Of a DNA stretch of 64,000 nt, positions 40,583 to 54,716 are shown piece by piece (positions within the stretch are counted from its first letter, which is position 1; each line of letters begins with the position of its first letter). Under the pieces are notes generated by a model. The model made no database searches. It saw only the letters and a list, made by a program, of their open reading frames with translations, and was not told where the DNA came from. The translations under genes and the position numbers were made by a program. The stretch is taken from contig NC_043009.1 in the NCBI RefSeq assembly GCF_006345805.1, forward strand, positions 7,874,001-7,938,000. The letters run 5' to 3'. This DNA is from Octopus sinensis. Taxonomy: Eukaryota.

Positions 40583-41384
40583 TTTTATTTTTATTTCCTG
40601 TGTTATGTCTCTGAGGCTAGGTATTTAACTTTTAAACTTGCCTAAAGTCTTATGCCTAATTACAAAACCATTATAATTTCTGGAGACTTCACAGAATCTG
40701 TTCTCTCTTTAAGCTTCCACAACTACATATATATTCATATGCCTGTGTACACATAACATAACCCTATTTGTATAATATACACATAATATCACATTAAAAC
40801 CATTATATCTATTTACACATTTAACACACAAATATATATAGCCTCCTTACAGACAATTCTTCTTTGTGTCTGTATATATATATAATATGCTTGTGTGTGT
40901 GTGTATAATATATATATATATATATAAAATATGTATATAGATATATATGTGTACGTGTGTGTGTATAATATATATATATATAAAATATGTATATAGATAT
41001 ATATATGTACGTGTGTGTGGTGTATATATATATATATATGTATATATATGTATGTGTGTGTATTTATGTATAGCTTCAACATTTTATAACTGTAGTAATT
41101 TTTATAAACATATACGCAAACACATGAAATATATATACATTGCTTTGTTTTTTTTTCAGTGTATATACTCACTCAATACATACATGTACATAATCTCTGT
41201 CTCTCACACACACACATACGCACTTTTGCATACACTCAGCTACAAATATAGTTACATACTATACATATAACCATCAATCACTATTCAAAAATAGTCAGTT
41301 AATTCCATCAATTATATTATAATGACTAGATACCATAATTATCAAAATACTAATTTAATGCCAGCAAGAGGAATCAGACGCAAA

Positions 41385-41575
41385 AATGACGACAGTAAAG
41401 TTTATCATTTGGATGGTGATGGCGATGATGATGATGATGACAATAACGATATTAATGGAGATGATGACGATGATTATGCTGCTGTGGCTGTTGATGTGCC
41501 CGCTGCTGTTGCTGCTGCTAATGATGATGTTGGTTGTAATGATGGTGATGATGATGATGATAATTGTGATTGTGA
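41385..41575. repeat. Degenerate (GAT)n/(GCT)n trinucleotide repeat
   Basis: Seen directly; produces spurious poly-Asp and poly-Met ORFs. Confidence 0.85.
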
Positions 41576-41838
41576 CACAACCAAACAATCCCAAGAGATT
41601 CGATAAACATTTGCTAACTTAATTCTGCTCTACTAATAATAAATACTTTGTCTGGAGAAAAATGTTTTGTACAAGATTGTGATCATAAGTATGTGTGTGG
41701 TGTGTGTTCTTTTATTGGTTTCAGTCATTTGACTGCAGCCATACTGGAGCATCGCCTTCAAAAGATTTTAGTCAGTCATGTTGACCCGCACTAGTTATTT
41801 CAGACTTGAATTTTATTAATCTCTCTTTTATTAAGTGA

Positions 41839-42993
41839 CTAGCAGCATAGCCCGGCGTTGCCCGGGTATGTAAGAGCCCCTAGTAGGCAACGACTAATCC
41901 CAATCTAGTCCTTTCCCTCTAGGGAACAAAGGCGCATGAGTAGGTTGCAATGTCTTCTCTTCACTCCCAAATAACTATCAAACAGATATCGATAATTCAA
42001 CCCAACCAATTCCTACCAGGAAGAAATTACATTCGAGACTTTACCCCCAACACCGCCACTTCTTCTAATAGCTGCTGCAGCTGCAAGTTATTCGAATACT
42101 TTTTTTGTTTACACTTTCTTTATAACTACCAGCCCAAACGTTTTACCTTAAATTTTTGACGTACCCTTAGGGTCCTCGGACGCTACTTGCAAACTCTTGG
42201 TTTATTATAAACCGCTTTTGTCGTGTGCACCAAAAAACCTTTTCCATTTGTTTGTTCAGTTTGGCGACTTTTGAATTTTTCGTTGTTGTCATTCACATTG
42301 CTGCCCACTTTTTTGCCGTTTTTGTACATTTTTATACATTTTGGGATACTTACCCCACGTGTTCCGAGAGTTAAAAAAGTCGAATTGCGTCCCCTGGATA
42401 GTCTGTGGTTTGTGTTTAATACACAAATCGGTTTGCTATGTGTGCCACATATGATTTAATTAACCGATTTTTTTCCATTAATAAAGTATCCTATTGGAAT
42501 AAAAAGGGCCATATAGCTCCTTGGAGCAGACATGATGCTCGCTGTGAATTTAAAAAAAAATTCCTGCCAATTTGTGAAAGATATTGTCGAAAATATGTCA
42601 TCTTGAATTTGAATGCGATTTCCCAAAATGGCATGATTTTATCGATTTTTTCCGATGGTAAGGTAGTGCATGGAAAACTAACGTCAGAATTAAGTTTCTT
42701 AGGGTGACATTAAGCTTCACCATGAGTTTGGTGAAAATCGATTGCAAGTTGCGAAAACTACAACAGAAAATGTGTTGCATATAAAAAGCTTAGATTCTCG
42801 ACCCCATGTCGAATTTATCGATAATTTTCAGAACTGGGGGAACTTTTCAAAATTTTCGCTGCGTTAGTTTTGAATTATGACATTGGGCTATGTGTGTGTC
42901 AAGTTTCATCAGAATCGGTTGAAAGCCGTGGTCAGGGTGCGGGTACAACCTGACAGACACACAGACAGACAAACTGCCGTTTATATAGAGAGA
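41839..42993 (-). mobile_element. Non-autonomous Helitron, young
   Basis: Minus strand starts TCTCTCTATATAAA plus a (GTCT)n tract and ends with the hairpin cccgggcaacgccggg then CTAG|T. CpG-rich. Confidence 0.9.
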
Positions 42994-45046
42994 CTAGCAG
43001 AAGTACCCGGTGTTGCCCGGGAATGAAATTATTCCTTATATATTGGAAGAAAAAAAGCAACATATGTTGTATGGAAATTTGTTATTCTAAATTCAATTTA
43101 TTCTTTAATTAGGATACAATTTATTCTTCAATTGGGAAATTAATTCTGAATTCATAATACAAAAAAAAATAATAATAATAAACAAAAGCACAAATGTAAC
43201 ACTTTTATAAAGGGAGATAAATTCTATCATATATGTTGAAGGAAATTATGTATCTGTGTTTTTTTTATACCAAAGTGATATCCATCTTGGCCAAGTACAG
43301 AGGTTAATGGATACTGGAGTGCATCATATGATGGGTGGGTTGCAGTTATCTGCTGAATCTTATTTGCTCTTCTTTGAATAATAATATCTCTCTCTTGCCA
43401 TACTTGTTGCCTGTAATAATTACTGTTACTTCCGTTGCAGCAGGGGCATTGTAGCAGCCTCTGTGCTCAGCAATAGGCTTTTTGTCTGCATCAATAACTA
43501 TCTTGTATTCACTGGGTGGTGCAGATTCCCATGCATACTTGAAGCTTCTGATGTAGCTATTGTTTGCATGCAGCATATCTTGCAGATTAAGGATTAACTC
43601 TTCCTTCAAATTTGGAAGGTTAAATGACCATTTCAAAGCCTGCTCATTGTAATTTGCCACAAAATATAGCTGTAATATCTGAGGATTTTTACCTTCAGTT
43701 GGCAACAAAGATCCAATCCGATGGTATATTTGACCTTCAACTTTAAAAGTTCTTCATGTTCCCTTATAATATTGCTATCAAAGGGAGTCATTTGCAAAAC
43801 AGAATTATAATTTCTAATGTTTTTCAAGAAGTGCATGCTCCTTAGTGTGTTTCCCAAAAGCAATGCCTTCAAAGTATCTGGGAGTGTACCAAACGTCAGT
43901 AAAACAACTATTCCTCCACCACAACACATACTGGTGGTTTCTCTTTCCCATTCGTTTCCTTTACAAAAACTGCACTCTTTTGGCATTGCTCCAATATCAA
44001 TCAATTTCTCTGTAGAATAATCATGTTTTGGATCATAGTTGAAAGCTGATCTTCTCCGAGTCCCCTTAAATAGTGTAACTCTTTTGTCCAACGTATTTAG
44101 CCTATCTTGAAGACACATCTTTTCTCTGAAGATTGGTGAAGTCTTGCAGCAACTGTTGCTCCTGGTTGTTTTGTCTCGTCTCTCACTGACCTATTGTCTC
44201 ATTGGCAACTCTGGCACCTTGTCTTTGTCTTGCATCCCATAAACGTTTTCCTCTTTCCTTTTTTTGACTCTTGGCTCCTGCAGATTGCATTTTGTTGACA
44301 TAATTATTCTAACCGTTCGTTTTCCCCTTGCCTCTTGTAACTCATTGGCCCTGCGTGTAGCAGCTCTCCTTTCAGTCATTTTCATGTCTTTGCTGTTGTC
44401 GTGTAAGAGTCTCTAGTGACCTTACTGTGGCTACCTGTACTCGTTTTTGCACCACTGTAGAACACTGACCATCAACATCTTGTAGAGAGTGAGAACATTC
44501 TCCACAGAAACTTTTTTTGAAAATTAAAATGGGAATTAAATGAAAAAAATGAGTGGAAGTTATGTGAATATCTTCACAAGCGTGACTGAAATAAATGGCA
44601 ATTGTGAAATGGCACACACAGAGACAGACAGACAGACACACTCACACACCTACTTTCTTTCCCCCCTCGCTTTGTGTTGGCTTTCTTTCACCTTCACCTA
44701 TACAACACGTATAGTATCAAACATTAGTGTCTCTCTCTCTTTCTCTTTTCTCTCTGTCTTTTCCTCATTCTGTGTTTCTCTTGCTCACACATTCTCTCTC
44801 ACCCGCTGTAAAAGTTCCTCTCTTTCAGTCTGTTTCTTTCACTCTCTCTCTCTTTCTAACTCACTCACACACACTATTTACATTTCTCCCTTTATTGAAA
44901 GACATGACAAATGAGGAGATGAAGGAGTAGTAAAGAACCACTTCCCCACTTTGCTTCTCTTTTTCATTCTCTCCCCCCTCACTCTCTCATTGGCATTAGG
45001 CACAGACATGCAAATTCACAGACATCTGCTAATATATAGATATAGA
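42994..45046 (-). mobile_element. Internally deleted Helitron
   Basis: A|TCTATATCTATATA 5' end at 45046; 3' hairpin cccgggcaacaccggg plus CTAG at 42994-42997. Confidence 0.85.
43275..44120 (-). pseudogene. Helitron RepHel N-terminal region, frameshifted and truncated
   Basis: AFNYDP..IGAM..CSFC..E...CCGGG, FLKNIRNYNS, GQIYHRIGSLLP, QLYF, YNAPAATEV, HPSYDALQYPL. No HUH or helicase motifs follow. Confidence 0.9.
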
Positions 45047-46096
45047 TGTGACGTCATTGTGGTATAAAATATCGTTTACAATAGTTGACTTTTAGAAAAA
45101 TTATAATGTCAAATTTTTGTAATGCAAATATGTAAATGAAAATAAAGTTTATTTGGTAACTGAAAGATTACTGAATCTTTTGATGTAACTAAGTTTTCAA
45201 ATGCACAAATGCATAAGGAACACACACACACACATACACACAAACTCTGTTTCATATATATAGATTAGTTTTTTTTTCTTCAGAGCCTTCTTACTGGCTT
45301 CTGTCTCCCCCTTTTTTTACACTCACACACATATGCACATACACACACATATATATGTGTATACATTCACATACATACATGCATACTCACACATATGCAT
45401 GCTTACACATGCATACCCACACATGCACATACACGCATTTACACACGCATGCTTAAACACACATACACACATCACTTTTTGTTTCTAAACATACACACAC
45501 GCACACCATACACATGCTTATACTTTCTTTCCTTCACACATAAACACAAATGCATATTTATTCTAACACCCATGCACACTTTTACATAAATACACACATA
45601 CTCTCATGCACTGGGCTAACTTTATGTGATAAAATTTAATTTCGATTTTAAACTGATTGTATCTCTCTCTCAGTTCATTTCTGCATCCTCAATACATAGT
45701 GGGTGGGGTTGGGGACATATCGATACGCATGACTGGTTCACACCACCCTTGCATTCCCACTCCACCAACTGACTTCTCACTCACCATTTCTATACTAACC
45801 CTTCACTTCCTAACACCCATCTTGTTACTATAGGCTTGCTTTTACCACCATGCCTTCCTTTCTAGCTATATACTTGTTCTCTTACTGGGTATCATGAAGA
45901 TAGTCTTAGACCAGTGCTGCCTTCAAGCAGGGACACACTGGGCAGTTGCGTGTGGACCTCATAGGTCCAGAGGCTCAGTTCAAATCTAATCATGCTGCAG
46001 CTTGCTGCCAATAAATAAATACTGTTGGGTCTAATGTATTGATTTTCCCGAGGACATATGATGTTAAGAAGCCATGTCTCAGACTACAATTGTAAG

Positions 46097-46133
<37 letters not shown>

Positions 46134-46508
46134 CTGAGAAAATATAATGCAAAAGGAAGGAATGAACAGAGATGATGACATTGTGTAGGGAGGACATTTT
46201 CATCTTTAGAGACACCCTCTTTAGTGCTGTCAGCAGAATAAAATGTTTGGGTTACCAACGGCTTCCAGCTGTAAGACTAGACCAAAAAGGAAGGACACAA
46301 TGGGGGCAACAAAGAGGTGATGCTTTAGTCTTGACAAAGGAAACCTCTCTGGCATTGATGACATGAATGCATTCAGCCCATGTTGTACACTGGTGGGTTA
46401 TAGGAGAGGTCACCAACTGAAACTCATGCAAATATGGATTTCAAATTCTGGCACAAGGCCAGCAATTTCAGGGAAGGGGTAATTGATTACATCTACTAAG
46501 GCCATATT

Positions 46509-46899
46509 TATTTCTTTATTGCCTACAGGGGGTTAAACATAGAGAGGACAAACAAGGACTGACAAAGGGATTAAGTTGATTACATCGACCCCAGTGCATA
46601 ACTGGTACTTATTTAATCGACCCCAAAAGGATGAAAGGCATAATTGACCTCAGTGGAATTTGAACTCAGAGTGTAATGGCAGATGAAATACCTATTTCTT
46701 TACTACCCACAAGGGGCTAAACACAGAAAGAACAAACAAGGACAGACAAACGGATTAAGTCGATTATATCGACCCCAGTGTGTAATCGACCCCGAAAAGA
46801 TGAAAGGCAAAGTCGACCTTGGCAGAATTTGAACTCAGAATGTATCAGCAGACGAAATACCACTAAGCATTTCACCTGGCGTGCTAACAACTCTGTCAG
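46509..46899 (-). mobile_element. Nin-domain SINE with internal tandem duplication and 16-bp TSD
   Basis: Two body copies (46509-46690 and 46692-46899); ctactaaggccatatt at 46493-46508 and 46900-46915. Confidence 0.85.
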
Positions 46900-48350
46900 C
46901 TACTAAGGCCATATTAGATAATGCACGTTGAGGTATTGTATTATTTGTCAGAAATAGTATATGATTATGAGTAGAATACTTTTTTTTATAGGTTTGCTAA
47001 ATCAAAACTAATCAGGGACTAGAATATCATCTTTGTTCATTGTGTTAACAGTATTTATCCTAGCACTTTTTTCTACTAAATATGTTTTTATAAATCCTTA
47101 ACCACCTGATATATTTTCTTTAAAATATTTAACTTCACGAGGTCTATGCCAAGGAGGGAACTTCCTCATGATTGTTTGGTCTGCTAGAAATAGCAGCTAA
47201 ATTTCTTTTAAACTACACCCTACCATCTTTAAAAGAAATGAAAGGAAACAAAGAAAAAGCCATTTTAATGGGTGGAATACTTTTGATCATAATTCCACTG
47301 GACTGGGCAGGCATGGAGCCAAACACCTACTTCTAATGAGAGGTTTGCTTATGTACTCACTAGAGCTACTCATATTTAGCCATTATGTCTGCCTCATTGA
47401 AACATTTTTCTGTCTTTAAAATGAGGATTGCATATTTTAAAACTCAAACTTCTAAACACTCTAAGTTCAATACAGAGCAGACAGTCATGGCTGGAAATTC
47501 GGATCAAATGCTTTCTATGATCAGCTGCCTCTATGCTGTAGATTTGTTTTGATTTGATAGAGTTGGCCAGGTTTAATTGGTAAACAACAACAACAATCTT
47601 CAAAATAAACTCCTTATATTTATCATGTTTTCAGGTTTGAGGTGAGATTCTCTTTCATTTCATTTCAAAATAACATATTTAATCCTATGAAATGAAATGA
47701 AATGCACAATAACTTTGTGTCAATGGGAGACTTTTGAAGATTTGTAGGAAGAATTACAGGGTGCATAAAAGCAAGAATATACATATCTAAAGATAAAAGT
47801 TTAATCACTAGAATCTACAAGTTCTTTCAGATTAGTTATCTTATCAATGATTTGACCTTTATTGATTTAAAATACGATGATCAATTGACGGAATCATTAG
47901 AATGGCAGACAAATGCCTTGTGATACTTGTTCTGATTCCTCATCTTCTGAGTTCAAATTTTGTTGAGGTCACCTTTGCCTTTCATCCTTCTAGGGTTCAA
48001 AAAATAAAGTAGCAGTCAAGTAGTGGAATTGATTTAACTGGTAGCCAATTTGTGCTAGCTTAACTTTGGCATTTGGCATTTAAACCAGCCATATCTGGCC
48101 AAAGTATCCTGTCTGTTTTATGTTCAAACCAGCTTTGTCTGGTCTCTCACACCTACCCTACAATGTCATTCTGAAAATAAACAGTTGCATCATTGAAATC
48201 TCAAAGCTATGATATAATTCACGATTAATTCATACAATGTGAATAAATAGGCATTAAAGCAATCTGAATGCTAAAATGTTAAGAGGTTAGAATGCTTCGA
48301 TAAAGCCCCAAACTTCTCAAATGATTTCTAAAACAAGCTTATAACTTTAA

Positions 48351-48836
48351 CCCTTTAGCATTCAGATTAGTCTGTCTAACGTAATACATATTTATTTCTC
48401 TAGGGCCTCCGTCAGTCATGGCTGACCATGGATGATGTCATCCGTCCGTTGAGTTGTCTATTCAGTTTTTGCAATGCCTCCTGTGGCTGTAGAGACCTAT
48501 GTGAGAGTGGCAGTCTCATTTGCAGAGGTCACACCTATACGTTGAATCCGGTCTGTTGGCTATCATTTATTTTCTGTGGGCTTGGTTTTCAGCTGCTGCC
48601 ATCCTCAAATTCTTTTTGCTGGTCTGTAGTTGTTTGTGAAGAGTGCCTCTCCAGCATATTTATTTATTGGTTTGAATTTGTCATACATCAATTTTTTGTG
48701 TTGAGATTTCAATGATGTACTTGTTTATTTTTAGTATGGCATTGTAGGGTAGGTGTGAGAGGCTGAATATGGCCAGTCTGTACATAAAGCAGGTATATTA
48801 TTTGGGCTGGATATGGCTGGTTTAAATGCTAAAGGG
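48351..48836. mobile_element. piggyBac-type MITE with inserted LINE 3' fragment (about 48400-48660)
   Basis: TTAA|ccctttagcatt ... aatgctaaaggg|TTAA. Confidence 0.8.
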
Positions 48837-49410
48837 TTAATGACAATTCCTATTGGATCTGCAGAATTAAATCAAGGTTCAGCTGGAGTCCATAAAATCA
48901 GGAGGGCTACTGGTCCTTAACCAAATATATATATACCAACATTTGCCGGTACCCAAGAAGAACTGGAACAATAATGAGAATTAGATATCGAGTACTTCAA
49001 ATTGAAAATTTATTGGGAGAAAGGGGAAGAAAGTTGTTACCTAGCAGTGTGGGAAAGAAACAACTGACTTGATTGATAGATTTAAAATCTTTTAAGTATA
49101 GAGTAGCAGTTATGACCTTTCTTCAGCTTATTGCAATTATATTGAACTGAACAGCTCCTCCCACCTCAGATTACAAATGTCTGTCTATTGTGAGCATTAT
49201 TCTTTGATGTTAAACAATTTCTAACACAGGAACATAACTTAGTATTAGTTCTCGATGTAATCTTATCTTTTCATTTCATATTTGTTCATTCTAAAGTTCT
49301 TTTTATTGTATGAATGAAGTCTTCTACATTTGTTTGCTTATTAATGTTTACCAAACTTGAGGTTTCCTCTTGTTTGTTCAATTTTCACTGATATTTCTCT
49401 CATTACTTAC

Positions 49411-49444
49411 TTCAAAACTACTCGAGCTTCTACAATGGAGTAGT
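49411..49444 (-). CDS. Candidate 34-nt exon ((D)YSIVEARVVL(K), phase 1 to 2)
   Basis: tctttacttctctctgaaag acceptor, aa|gtaagt donor. Confidence 0.45.
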
Positions 49445-49889
49445 CTTTCAGAGAGAAGTAAAGACATAATAAAATGAACTAAAATAAAATGTGATATTAG
49501 TGAACTGGTTGAAATTGTTAGTGCCAGACAGAATGTCTTGCTGTAATTAGTTACAACCCTTTTATAGTCTGTGACAGTCTATGTTTGAATCCTGTTCGGG
49601 TCATCTTTGCCTTTCATCCTTCAGGGTCGATAAAATAAGGTGCCAATCAATTTATATTATTACATAACGATGTAATCATAATAGATGAAGGCTAATATCT
49701 ATTTGGGGCCAAATTTCTCAAAACGTTTTGTTGCTTTTACTCTTCTAATGTTAGTCATTTTTATTTTCTACAGAATAAATGTATAAGTCTATGAGAGTGC
49801 CTTTCTGTGATCACATAACCAGCTAGAGATAGCAGCCAAATCATATTCAATTCCTCACCAATGTAAAAAAATGGATATATCCGATATCT

Positions 49890-50250
49890 TTCATCTTTTA
49901 CTTGTTTCAGCCATTTGACTACGTCCATTCTGGACCACTGCTTTGAAGGGTTTTAGTTGACTTATTTTTTTTAAAGCCTAGCACCGATTCTATCAGTCTC
50001 TTTTGCCAAACTGTTAAGTTATGGGGACATAAGCACACAAATACTGGTGGTCAAGCAGTGGTAGGGGGACAAACACACACACACACACACAATGGGCTTC
50101 CTTCAGTTTCCTTTTACCAAATCCACTCACAGGGCTTTGGTCAGCCTGAGGTTATATTAGAAGACACTTGTCCAAGGTGCCACACAGTGGGACTGAACCC
50201 AAAACCCTGTGGTTGGGAAGCAAGCTTCTTCCCATACATTCATACCTGTA
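49890..50250 (-). mobile_element. SINE family A
   Basis: Antisense match to 20183-20601. Confidence 0.8.
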
Positions 50251-50999
50251 CCTATTAGTGTAACCTTTTGATTTACCAAAAGACAGGATGATCCCAGCAG
50301 GAATATACCTAATCTTTGGCCTGTTAGGGTTTGGTTAAACCTGGGGCTAAAACAACAACATAGTGTATATTCCGTCAGTGTACCAACACCTTTTACATAG
50401 CTTGTAGATCAGCCATTCAGTGAGCCTTTACTTGATTTCACTACTTGCTAGAAATAGTGGTCAAATCTACCCCACACTAAACTTAAGAAAGGATATTTAC
50501 ATTGGACATTGTAGTCTTGGATATAAAAGAAAGATGAGATGGTCATGGCTGAAATATTTTTTATCATTGGTCTTCTTAACGAAGAACTGACTTGAATGAA
50601 AAATTACATCTAGTTCATGAAACTCATCAGATGAAGGAAGGATATTCTTTAAGTTAGATATTAATTTACCTTTTACTTGTTTCAGTCATCGGACCGTGGC
50701 CATGCCGGGACACTATCTTGAAAGGTTTCAAGCTAACAAAGCTGTACCTACATAGTCACTTGACCTGCTAGAATGAACTACCAAATTTCTCTCCAGTTAG
50801 ATCTCATCATCTTCGAAAAATTTTCAGATGCTATTCAAAACTGTCAAATATTCAGAATGTGTAATCTTGAAAAATATCTTCACAGTTTTTGAACTTTACA
50901 TCTTCAGACCTATCCTTGACATTACTAATATACACATTCCTCTCTCCAAATTGCAATATGAATTACTTCTCTCAATAATCACCATCCTGTTCATAACCT

Positions 51000-51960
51000 T
51001 ATGCAAAATTACATGATGCCTTCAATAACAAAATAACTTAACATATGCACCATTCTAGCTAGCATTAAAAACCAGTAAAGCTTTTATCTCCATTACTAAC
51101 AACCTACTTATATACAAATTATCAACACCTCTCAAGTAAACAAAACAAAACATCTTTCAGGTTATTAAAGTTAGAGATTATGCTGTAACAGCATGAATAG
51201 AATCTGCAATCTCTTGAATGTTGTACTACAAGAGAATCCACCCTCTCGTACATTTTTTTAAAAACACTTAACTACATAACGTTCCTACACCTCCAAAACA
51301 TGCAGCCTTGTACAAAGATGACTTACCAGTCACATCTTTCCACCATTCTCCAGACAGCAGATGCACAATTACTCCAACCCTATATCAACCATTTAGAAAC
51401 CTGATTCCAAAATAACAAACCAAAATTATCATTTACGAAATTTGCTGGGGTTTTTTTTTTTTTTTTTTTTTTCCCCTAAGCAGTAACACAAGAAAACATG
51501 TAATACAAACAGCTATCACACATTCAAGGGACATAAACATACCACGCAAATAGAAAACAAATGCTAGGAATTACATACAACACCTTTACAACATTCACAG
51601 CATACATACAAGACATGATAAAGAAAACAAAACGATGTTTAAACATACTTAGAACACTGGGGCCTAGTGAGAGAAATAACAATGATGATGTACAAACAAT
51701 TAGATTTGTCAGGAGCTATGCCAATCCTGTGTGGGCACCCAATTTCCCCCCACAAGAAACTAAAAACTAAAAAGCATAAAACACCGTACGTTGCCTCATC
51801 AGAAGCTATCATAGATTAACTACGCCTTTAGACCAACTACACAACAAATAAAAGACAATCTGGATGCAAGGGGCTCATAATTTGTTGCAGCATTTGCTTC
51901 AACCCTCGCAGTTCCTGCCACTTGATGTTACATTATCTTATGAACATCTTCCTATTCAGT
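51000..51960 (+). pseudogene. Very decayed non-RTE LINE reverse transcriptase (I/Jockey group)
   Basis: LYKDDL (YADD-like), LGITY..TF..YI...KK..RCLNILRTL, SYANPVWAP. Confidence 0.6.
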
Positions 51961-52754
51961 CCAGAAAAAGCATGAAAAATATATGCAAAAAAGGAAAAGA
52001 AAAATCTAGTAATTTTATAAGTCTTTAGCTGTGTTGTTTTGCACACCACCAATGATAGGTATAAAGAAATAACCAACTGTCATACTTTGACTAAGTTCAC
52101 CATGCCTGTTTACTATGACTATCACTCAAATTTTACATACCGTTAAAACCAACAATGAAGCCACCTTTTTCTGATCATTTGACCTGTTAAAAATAGCAGC
52201 CAAATTCCTTTCAGTCACATCCTACTATCTTAAAAAGAGATGGTCATAGCAGAGAATGTAGTTACACACTCACACACACTTACACACACACTTTTGTAAT
52301 TGGATTGTGGCCATGTTGGAGCACTGTCTTGTAGCGTTTAGTTGAAGTAATTGATCACAGTACTTATTTTACAACCTGGTACTTATTTTATCAGTCTCTT
52401 TTCCTGAACCACTAAGTCACAAGGATGCAAACAAGCCAACACAAGTTGTTAAGCAGTGGTGGGGGACAAACACATGCACATCTACCTGTTTTATGTTCAA
52501 GCTGGCCATATCTGGCTCTTCATACTCACCCTACAATGACATTCATAAGGCTAAACAATCATTCCATCAAAACGTCAATGTTTTGACTGCTAAAGAGCAG
52601 TAATGGCAGCTACATTGCTAAGTGTAATTGTTGTTATTGTTTAGAACCAGATCAACCTTTGAACGTGCAGATCTACGATGAAAGGTGTTTTACTATATCC
52701 ATCTCATGGGGTTTTTTTTTCCACATATACAGTATATCAAAAATTATTTTTTGT

Positions 52755-54370
52755 AGTCCTCCAGGCCAAAACAGAGGAATTTAAGACTGGTTGCCCATGG
52801 AAGCTTCTCTATCCTAATGGTATTTCTTATAACCAAATGTGTAGTAGAGTTAGAAGAGAAATTCTTGGTATGGAAGCCAAACCTGGAATTAAAGTTAACT
52901 TAGCAAAGACCAAAGTTCTTGTAAAAATGAAAGCAGATGAACCACTAAACCCACCAGGGAAATGGTCCTGCTTGACCTGTAGAAAGTGTGTAAGTAGAAA
53001 TTCCATACGGTTGCCAAGTGCTAAGTATTGAAACACAAGAGGCACAGTGAAATCATAGGAAGATTAACAGAGAAGTAGACTCCGTGTGTGTGTGTGTGTG
53101 TGTTTGTGTGTGTGGCAGAAGTGCAGGAACAATGAACATTGTCATATCCTTGAAAGACCAGGCGGATCCTTAGAGGTAGTAGATAGTTTTTGTTACCTAG
53201 GTGATCTAATTAGTAGCAGAGAAGGTTGTTCTGAAAGTATCATTACAAGAATAGGATGGAGAAAGTTCAGAGAACAGTTTCCTTTGTTAACAACAAAAGG
53301 TCTCTTTCTCTCTCTCCCTTTCCCTCCTCTTTTTCTCCCTCTCTCTCTTAGAGTGAAAGGTATATTGTCTGATGCTTATTTAGTGAAACTTGCTATGAAT
53401 GTTAAGGACATGCGAAGCTTAAAAGAAATGGATCTAGCATGCTCTACAGGTTGTACAATGTCAATGTGTGTGTATGGCAAAGAGTGAATGTGTTGAGAAA
53501 AAAAAAAAACTGGACATAAGAGGCATCAGGTGTAGTGTGAATGAGAGAAGACTGTGTTGATATGGTCGTGTGATTGCATATGGGTGAGGACAGCTGCAAA
53601 AAGAAGTGCAGATTGCTAAATGTGGATAGAACCTGAGGAAAAAAGAAACCCAGGAAGACATGGGATGAAGTGGTGAAAAATGGCCTTTCATTGTTGAGCC
53701 GCACTGAGATGACAAAGGACTGAGGTGATTAGGAAGTTGCTGTGCTTGAGAAGGCACTTTCATCTAAGTAAAAATGGGGTTACTGTACACAATCTGTCCC
53801 TGATGAATCTCTCTCCAACAACTCATCTTTCTCCCCTTCTTCCCCTCTACCTGTGTTTACTACTCACTGCATTCCCTTTCCCCTCCCCTTTACCTCCTAC
53901 TCTCCTTTCTCACAATCACGAGCTTCCTGCCCACTCACCCTATCCAATCCTCTGTACCACTTCACCTTTATTCATTTCCCTGTACTTTGAGGGAATACCC
54001 CGATTATCTTTACAACCATCTTCTCTCTATTTCTCTTCCCCTATATATCTCCTCTTCAGCAAGACACCTGTTTCTATTTCTCTATTATATTTTAACCTTT
54101 CATCAACTGGCACAAAGCCACCTTTGTCAATACTACCCACCCCCATCTCAGTTGAGAAGTCTTTGTCTTGCAAGTTACTTGGTGACCTTGCTGATGCCAT
54201 GTAAAATGCACCCACCACACTTTGTAAAGTAGCTGATGTTAGGAAGGGCATTCAGCTGTAGAAACAAAGTCAAAGCAGGCAGTAGAACTTGGCACAGTCC
54301 TCTGGTTTACTAGCTCCTATCAAAGCATCCAACATGTGGCCAGAAAGGAAAATATGTTAAATGCTGACGA
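52755..54370 (+). pseudogene. Decayed RTE ORF2 3' half and tail, interrupted by CT-rich sequence
   Basis: CPWKLLY, KVNLAKTKVL, LEVVDSFCYLGDLIS, WRKFRE, RKTWDEVVK. Confidence 0.85.
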
Positions 54371-54678
54371 TATTCTTTTTTGAGATGGTGTTATGATTTG
54401 AGGAAAAATTTTTTCTACCATTTCTAGCAGTCATCCAGCTTCATAGAGGATCTTACATTTGTTCATCAAATCGCATCATCCAGTTATTAAGATGATATAG
54501 TGTGATTTGAGGGGGGATTTTTGCTACTATTTCTTGTAGATCTAGCAACCTCATAGAGGCTCTCAAGATTGGATCATGTTACTTTCAGTTTACACTGAAA
54601 ATAATGTTTCTATGATCTGTTTTAAGTTTCCTCTTCATTCCTTTTATCAATAATAAAAATTTCATTCCAAAATAATAC

Positions 54679-54716
54679 CTGGTTTTACCATTTCACACCA
54701 AATCATGAATTTATAA
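54679..54716 (-). CDS. Candidate 38-nt exon (YKFMIWCEMVKP, phase 2 to 1)
   Basis: ctgttctttttctag acceptor, cag|gtatta donor. Only one frame is open and it matches the next exon's phase. Confidence 0.45.

Noticed and set aside
41322-41622. Asp-rich acidic (biomineral-like) protein
   Set aside because: Trinucleotide microsatellite open in several frames, with no signal peptide or splice support.
53725-54204. 159-aa Pro/Leu/Ser-rich ORF
   Set aside because: CT-rich low-complexity sequence between RTE fragments.
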